From: Burkholderiales bacterium | Lineage (GTDB): Bacteria > Pseudomonadota > Gammaproteobacteria > Burkholderiales > Burkholderiaceae_E | Direction of reading: 5' to 3' | Assembly: GCA_037146935.1 (NCBI GenBank) | Contig: JBAWWD010000019.1 | Span: 4,453-68,452 of the forward strand | DNA length: 64,000 nt | Part shown: piece after piece, positions 58,784 through 64,000 of the stretch | Numbering within the stretch: the stretch's first letter is position 1 | How the letters are laid out: every line of letters starts with the position of its first letter | Made by a program: the position numbers and the translations under genes | The notes under the pieces: model-generated | Seen by the model: only the letters and a program-made list of their open reading frames with translations | What the model was told of the DNA's origin: nothing | Databases searched by the model: none

Positions 58784-59569
58784 TCAGCCCGGCCCGCCGG
58801 CCGCGCGGTGCTCGGTCAGGGTGAAGCCGGCATCGGTGGGAATGCACACGAAGCGGCCTTCCGGACGGGTCTCCATCCAGGGACGGATCGGCACGATCGG
58901 TGACGACGCGGCGCGCGCGAAGGCCTCGGCCACGCTGCGCGACTCGGCCAGCCGGACCACATTGGACAGCGTGGGGAAGATCACCGTGCGCCGACCGGCA
59001 CGCGCGTCCTCGATGACCTGCTGAGGCGAGATCCACACCGAGTCGACGTTCTCATGGCCGTCATGCGCGGCCACCTGATCGGCCGGCACCCGCGCCAGAT
59101 AGAAGTGGGTGTCGAAGCGCTTGGGCATGAACTCGGGCGTGATCCAGTGCGAGAAGCGGGCGAGGTCATCGCAGGCGAGCTGCAGGTCGCCCTCGACCAG
59201 CATGTCGCCCAGCGTGAGGGTGTGCTTGTTCAGTCCCTCGCGCCAGCGATCGAGATCGCCATTGGCCACCAGGGGCGAGCCGCCCTGGCGCCGTGCGAGC
59301 AGGATTCCCGATTCCTCGAAGGCCTCGCGGATGGCCGCGGCGCGCAGCATCGACTGCTCGTCGCTGGGCGAGTCATAGCGGCTCAGGCGCGAGAGCACCC
59401 GCGGATCGCTGTCCTGGGGATCGGCCTTGCCGCCAGGGAACACCAGGGCGCCCGAGGCGAAATCGATCTGGTGGTGACGCACCACCATGAACACCTCGAG
59501 GCCCTGCGCGCCGTCGCGCAGCAGCATGATGGTGGCGGCGGCTACCGGGGTGGCGATCTTCTCGGTCAT
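58784..59569 (-). CDS. NUDIX hydrolase
   Basis: 261 aa with the Nudix box GALVFPGGKADPQDS...AAIREAFEESGILL. Confidence 0.85.
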   Translation of the reverse strand: MTEKIATPVAAATIMLLRDGAQGLEVFMVVRHHQIDFASGALVFPGGKADPQDSDPRVLSRLSRYDSPSDEQSMLRAAAIREAFEESGILLARRQGGSPLVANGDLDRWREGLNKHTLTLGDMLVEGDLQLACDDLARFSHWITPEFMPKRFDTHFYLARVPADQVAAHDGHENVDSVWISPQQVIEDARAGRRTVIFPTLSNVVRLAESRSVAEAFARAASSPIVPIRPWMETRPEGRFVCIPTDAGFTLTEHRAAGGPG

Positions 59570-59747
59570 GGGTCTGGTCCGTGGTGATTGGGTGCAGGCA
59601 TACGCTCAGCTCGCGCCGCCGACCCGGGCTTCCATCCTCACCCAAGCCCGGACAGGAAGCGATCGACTGCGATGGATTCCGGATCGCCGAGGTCCGCGTT
59701 TCACGGGGGGCACACGCCGCGAGGAGAGCGCGCCACCACAATGGCTG

Positions 59748-60809
59748 ATGGACGGCCCGTGCCCAGCGCCCTCAACCACCGGCAAAGGAATCCTGGCCCG
59801 TGGAAGGCTCATCAGCCTGCGCCGCGCGCTGCCCGGCGTGGCGCTGTGCGGCGTGATCGCCCTGGCGGCCACCTTCGTGTCTCGCCAGTACGGTGGCCCG
59901 CAGTTCCTCTATGCGCTGCTGCTGGGCATGTCGCTGAATGCGCTGGGCGACAACGATCAGGCGCGGGCGGGCATCGAGCTGTGCATGAAGTGGCTGCTCA
60001 GGCTCGGGGTGGCGCTGCTCGGCGCGCGCATCGCGCTGGCTGATCTCGCCTCGCTGGGATGGGCCACCGGCCTGCTGGTGGTCGCCTGCGTCGCGTCCAC
60101 CCTGGCGATGGGCTGGTGGCTGGCCCGCCTGCTGCGGCTCACGCCGGCGCAGGGGCTGCTCTCGGGCGGCGCCACCGCCATCTGCGGAGCGTCGGCGGCG
60201 CTGGCCATCGCCGCCGTGCTGCCGCGTTCGCGTGAACAGGAGCGCTTCACCCTGCTGGTGGTGGTGGGCGTGTCCACCCTGTCCACCATCGCCATGCTGA
60301 TCTATCCCATGATCACCGCCGCGCTCGGGCTCGCGCCTTCGCTGGCCGGGGTGTTCCTGGGCGCCGCCATCCACGATGTGGCGCAGGTGGTCGGCGCTGC
60401 CTTCATCGCCGGCCCGGCGGTGGGCGAACCCGCCATCATCGTGAAGCTCGCGCGGGTGGCGCTCCTGGCCGTGGTGGTGCTGGGCGTGGGCATCTGGTCG
60501 CGCGCCAAGCTGCCCGGCACCGAGGGCGACGCTACCGCGCGCAAACCCGCGCTGCTGCCCTGGTTCCTGCTGATGTTCCTTGCCCTCGCCGCCCTCAACA
60601 CCCTGGGCGGCGTGCCCGCGGCCCTGCAGGCGCCGATCGGTGATCTGTCGCGGGCACTGCTGGTGATGGCGATCGCCGCGCTGGGCCTGCGCACCTCGGT
60701 GGCGGCCCTGCGCGAGGCCGGCTGGCGGCCGCTGCTGCTGATGGTGGGCGAGACGCTCTGGCTGGGCCTGCTCGCGCTGGCCGGCGTGCTCTGGATGGCC
60801 AGCCGCTGA
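59748..60809 (+). CDS. YeiH/UPF0324-family membrane protein (putative sulfate exporter family)
   Basis: About 10-11 TM helices, with [16 protein letters not shown] and [11 protein letters not shown]. The start is taken at ATG 59748. Confidence 0.8.
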   Translation: MDGPCPAPSTTGKGILARGRLISLRRALPGVALCGVIALAATFVSRQYGGPQFLYALLLGMSLNALGDNDQARAGIELCMKWLLRLGVALLGARIALADLASLGWATGLLVVACVASTLAMGWWLARLLRLTPAQGLLSGGATAICGASAALAIAAVLPRSREQERFTLLVVVGVSTLSTIAMLIYPMITAALGLAPSLAGVFLGAAIHDVAQVVGAAFIAGPAVGEPAIIVKLARVALLAVVVLGVGIWSRAKLPGTEGDATARKPALLPWFLLMFLALAALNTLGGVPAALQAPIGDLSRALLVMAIAALGLRTSVAALREAGWRPLLLMVGETLWLGLLALAGVLWMASR

Positions 60810-60854
60810 GCCGGCGCCGGAAGCCCGCGCGCCCAAAGGCGCGCAACGCACGCG

Positions 60855-62573
60855 TCAGAGCACGCAGCCGTGGTGCGCCGAGGACACCAGCCGGATGTAC
60901 TTGTCATGGACCGACCCGGGCCGCACCCGATCGGCCATGTCGGGCGCACGCCATTCGGCCATGCGGCGGGCGATCTCCTCGTCTGAGGCCTCGAGGTGCA
61001 CGGTGCGCGCCCCGGGGTCGATGACGATGCTGTCGCCGTCGCGAACCGCCGCGATCGGGCCACCGCGCGCGGCCTCGGGCGAGATGTGGCCGATCAGGAT
61101 GCCGTGCGAGACCCCGGAGAAGCGACCGTCGGTGATCAGCGCCACGTCTTCACCAAGCCCGCGGCCCTGCAACTGGATGGTGAGCATGACCATCTCGGGC
61201 ATGCCCGGCCCGCCCACCGGACCGACATTGCGCACCACCACCACGGTGCCAGGCACGATCTCGCCGGCGCGGATCGCGGCCATGGTGGCGGCCTCGGAGT
61301 CGAACACCCGGGCGGTGCCGCGGAACACGCCCTTCTCGAGGGTCTTGCCCGAGAGCTTGAGCACGCAGCTCTGCGGCGCGATGTTTCCCTTGAGCACGCT
61401 GATGTGGTTGTTGGGCGCGGCCAGCGGCCGTGACACCGGACGCACGAGGTCCTGCTCGCCGAGCTGCTCGAGCGTGGGCACGTCGGCAAGATTTTCGGCC
61501 AGGGTGCGGCCGGTGACGGTCATGACATCGCCATGCAGCAGCCCGTGCCGCAGCAGCTCCTTCATGATCACCGGGACGCCGCCGAGCTGGTGCAGGCTGA
61601 CCATCGCGTAGCGACCATGCGGCTGCAGGTTGGCGATCAGGGGCACCCGCTCGCCCACGGCCTGGATGCGCTCGATGGTGATGGGCACCTGGGCCTCGCG
61701 CGCGATCGCCAGCAGGTGAAGGTAGACGTTGGTGGACCCGCCCATCGCGTACACCGTGGTGATGGCGTTCTCGAAGGCCTTCTCGGTCATGATGTCGCGC
61801 GGGCGGATGCCGGCGGCCATGAGGCGGTAGAGGGCCTCGACGCTGGCGCGGGCCTGGGCGCGGACATCGGGGTGGATGTCGCTCTTCGCATCGAAGTCAG
61901 CGGGGTGCGAGGCGCCACGCGGCAGCATCATGCCGATCGACTCGGCCACGGTGCTCATGGTGTTGGCGGTGAACATCGCGCCGCAGGTGCCGCTGCCGGG
62001 CATCACGCTGCGCTCCAGCTCGAGCAGCTCCTGCGCCGAGATGCGTCCGGCCTCCTGGGCCGCCCGGCCCTCGGCGTAGTCCATGATGGTCAGGTTGTTG
62101 CCCTTGGATGCCCAGGGCTCGAAGGGCACCTGCCCGGGCGAGCTGGTGCCCGGGTAGAGCACCAGCCCGAAGGCATTGGTGCGCGCCAGGGGCATGAGCG
62201 CAGCAGCGCCGGTCTTGTCGCAGCCCGAGATGACGATCATGGCTTCGCCGTGATGGGCATAGTGACCCACCTCGAAACAGTCGGCCGCCAGATCACGCGA
62301 CACCAGGCTGTAGCCGGCCGTGGGCGTGCCCTGCGTGAGCGCATCGGACACCGCGGGCGCGCCCACCACCAGACCCTGGCCGCCGCGCTCGGCGATCAGG
62401 TCCACCAGCAGATCGGTGACGGTACGCACCCGGTTGTTGCAACGATGGGCGTTGGTCCAGGCGCTGGCGATGGTGACGATCGCATTGGTGTCGGCGGCCT
62501 TGTCCGGGTCGAACCCGGCGGCACGCAGTTCGACCCGCGACTTCTTCCAGTAGATGGGGCTGTCTTGGCTCAT
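60855..62573 (-). CDS. IlvD/Edd-family dehydratase (dihydroxy-acid or sugar-acid dehydratase)
   Basis: 572 aa with [37 protein letters not shown] and [13 protein letters not shown]. Confidence 0.9.
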   Translation of the reverse strand: MSQDSPIYWKKSRVELRAAGFDPDKAADTNAIVTIASAWTNAHRCNNRVRTVTDLLVDLIAERGGQGLVVGAPAVSDALTQGTPTAGYSLVSRDLAADCFEVGHYAHHGEAMIVISGCDKTGAAALMPLARTNAFGLVLYPGTSSPGQVPFEPWASKGNNLTIMDYAEGRAAQEAGRISAQELLELERSVMPGSGTCGAMFTANTMSTVAESIGMMLPRGASHPADFDAKSDIHPDVRAQARASVEALYRLMAAGIRPRDIMTEKAFENAITTVYAMGGSTNVYLHLLAIAREAQVPITIERIQAVGERVPLIANLQPHGRYAMVSLHQLGGVPVIMKELLRHGLLHGDVMTVTGRTLAENLADVPTLEQLGEQDLVRPVSRPLAAPNNHISVLKGNIAPQSCVLKLSGKTLEKGVFRGTARVFDSEAATMAAIRAGEIVPGTVVVVRNVGPVGGPGMPEMVMLTIQLQGRGLGEDVALITDGRFSGVSHGILIGHISPEAARGGPIAAVRDGDSIVIDPGARTVHLEASDEEIARRMAEWRAPDMADRVRPGSVHDKYIRLVSSAHHGCVL

Positions 62574-62659
62574 GGCGCATCCTTTGAGGGGCGGCGCTCA
62601 GGGTAATGCAGCCGGGCGCCTGCGGCCAGCGCGCGGCCAAGGCCGTGGACCGGACCGTC

Positions 62660-64000
62660 TCAGCCGAACAGGCCGATGTCGCGCAGCGAGTAGTTGCCGA
62701 TCTGCGGCAGCACCAGCGGCAGATTGCCGGCCGACACCCCGAACCAGGTGGCCAGGGTGGCGCCCAGCTGATCGACCGCCGTGGTCGGCACCAGCCTGCC
62801 CTGCCCGACATCGTCGGGCCCGTTGTTGGCCAGCACCGGCGCGGCACCGAACAGGCGCCGCCCACGCACCGCGCCGCCCATCACCAGGTGGTGGGCGCCC
62901 CAGCCGTGGTCGGAGCCGTCGCCATTGGAGGTGAGCGTGCGGCCGAAGTCGCTGGCGGTGAAGGTGGTCACCTGGGTCTGCAGGCCGAGTTCGGTGAGCG
63001 CCGCGTCGAAGGCCTGCAGCGCGCCGGCGAGCTGAGTGAGCAGCGCGGGGTGATCCACCAGCAGGTTGTCGTGATTGTCGAAGCCACCCAGGCTCACGAA
63101 GAACACCTGACGGCGCGCGCCGAGCTGGGTTCGGGCCGAGAGCATGCGCGCCACCATGCGCAGCTGGCCGCCCAGCCCGGTGGCCGGAAAGACAGTGGAC
63201 AGCGTGGGGGCCGCGGCCAGCGCCGCGCCGACATCGGTGCTGGCGCTGATGGAGCGGCTGACCAGGCGGGCATGCTCGCGCTCGTGCAGGTTGGCGCCCG
63301 GCGCGCTGGTGCTCAGCGCGCGCAGCGCCTGCGCGGCCGCGGCCGACCCGAAGAGCGTGGCGCCGATCCCGGTGATGGTAGTGGCTCCGGTGCTGCTCAT
63401 CTGGTACTGCACCGCGGACCGCCCGGCGAGGTAGACCGCGTTGCCCGAGACGCTGACGCAGGTGAAGGTGGCGTTCCCATTGCCCGCCGCGAACAGATCA
63501 CCGATGCGACCGCCCCACCCCGAGGTGGCGCCCTCCGGCAGGCAGGACTGCCACACCGACTGCTGGTCATTGTGGGAGAAGAGCTTGGGCGGCAGCGGCA
63601 CCGAGCGGGCGGAGTACTGGGCCTTGGTGGTGGGCTGCACCAGTGGCCCGACATTGAGCAGCACGCCGAGCCGGCCGGCATCGAACACCGGCAGCAGGGG
63701 CGCCAGCTCGGGCGCCAGCGCGAGCTGCTGGCCACCCGAGAGCGGATTCAGCGGGCTGAGCACCGTGGCCGAGAGCCGGCTGCGCGCGATCGCGAGCGTG
63801 GATCGCAGCGTGGTGTAGTTGGCGTGGCCGGCCGCGTCATAGGGAATGACGGTGTTGCCGTAATCATTGCCGCCAAAGAGGAACACGCAGACCAGGGCCT
63901 TGTGGTCGCCCGCCGACTGGGCGGCCGCCTCGCCGATCGCCGCCAGGCTGAGCGCCATGGGCGCGGCGGCGCCACCGATGCCCAGGGCAGCGGCACGGCG
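62660..64000 (-). CDS. DUF1501-family (sulfatase-like fold) protein, N-terminus beyond the window edge
   Basis: It has LVCVFLFGGNDYGNTVIPYD, FVSLGGFDNHDN and SNGDGSDHGWGAHHLVMGGAV. The reading frame stays open to nt 64000 (..RRAAALGIGGAAAPMALSLAA, a Tat-like signal). Confidence 0.8.
   Translation of the reverse strand, partial: RRAAALGIGGAAAPMALSLAAIGEAAAQSAGDHKALVCVFLFGGNDYGNTVIPYDAAGHANYTTLRSTLAIARSRLSATVLSPLNPLSGGQQLALAPELAPLLPVFDAGRLGVLLNVGPLVQPTTKAQYSARSVPLPPKLFSHNDQQSVWQSCLPEGATSGWGGRIGDLFAAGNGNATFTCVSVSGNAVYLAGRSAVQYQMSSTGATTITGIGATLFGSAAAAQALRALSTSAPGANLHEREHARLVSRSISASTDVGAALAAAPTLSTVFPATGLGGQLRMVARMLSARTQLGARRQVFFVSLGGFDNHDNLLVDHPALLTQLAGALQAFDAALTELGLQTQVTTFTASDFGRTLTSNGDGSDHGWGAHHLVMGGAVRGRRLFGAAPVLANNGPDDVGQGRLVPTTAVDQLGATLATWFGVSAGNLPLVLPQIGNYSLRDIGLFG

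Noticed and set aside
59569-59748. Small hairpins (CCGGGCTT..AAGCCCGG, GCGATC..GATCGC) in the NUDIX / YeiH divergent intergenic region, as a possible riboswitch.
   Set aside because: The stems are short, and none matches a riboswitch consensus I can recognise. They are as likely to be chance pairings in GC-rich DNA.

Overview
This is a 64 kb, very GC-rich chromosomal segment (roughly 68-70% GC by eye, not computed). The taxon is inferred, not proven: the tmRNA tag ANDERFALAA, the Bug/TctC-type binding proteins and the order pheA-hisC-tyrA-aroA-cmk-rpsA-ihfB-lapAB all point to a betaproteobacterium of the Burkholderiales type. Most of the window is housekeeping. It carries hemJ (partial), pilT/pilU, yggS, rpsT, murJ and proC. 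A tightly overlapping operon runs lapA-lapB-hldA-hldD-comEA-ubiA-DMT. The aromatic amino-acid/cmk/rpsA/ihfB cluster follows, then gyrA, an MtaD-like amidohydrolase, an ompA-family gene, ubiG, gph, ssrA (tmRNA), acnD-prpF, an IlvD/Edd dehydratase and a DUF1501 gene (partial). I saw no CRISPR array, rRNA, tRNA, transposase, integrase or recognisable defence system. Four regions look most worth follow-up. (1) A translationally coupled pair of TPR-fused glycosyltransferases, one GT41 OGT/SPINDLY-like and one GT9 heptosyltransferase-like, share a near-identical ~440 bp N-terminal TPR module as a direct repeat and have no obvious target gene nearby. (2) A four-gene operon encodes two periplasmic solute-binding proteins with no ABC permease or ATPase, followed by a large hybrid histidine kinase (dCache-like/HAMP/HisKA/HATPase/REC/REC/Hpt) and a stand-alone receiver. 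(3) A less GC-rich accessory stretch lies directly 3' of ssrA. It includes a small secreted-protein gene whose signal-peptide region contains a heptanucleotide repeat that puts the canonical ATG out of frame. (4) A conserved-looking hypothetical gene sits on the opposite strand between tyrA and aroA. All family assignments come from reading the translated ORFs against remembered family motifs. No database search was run.
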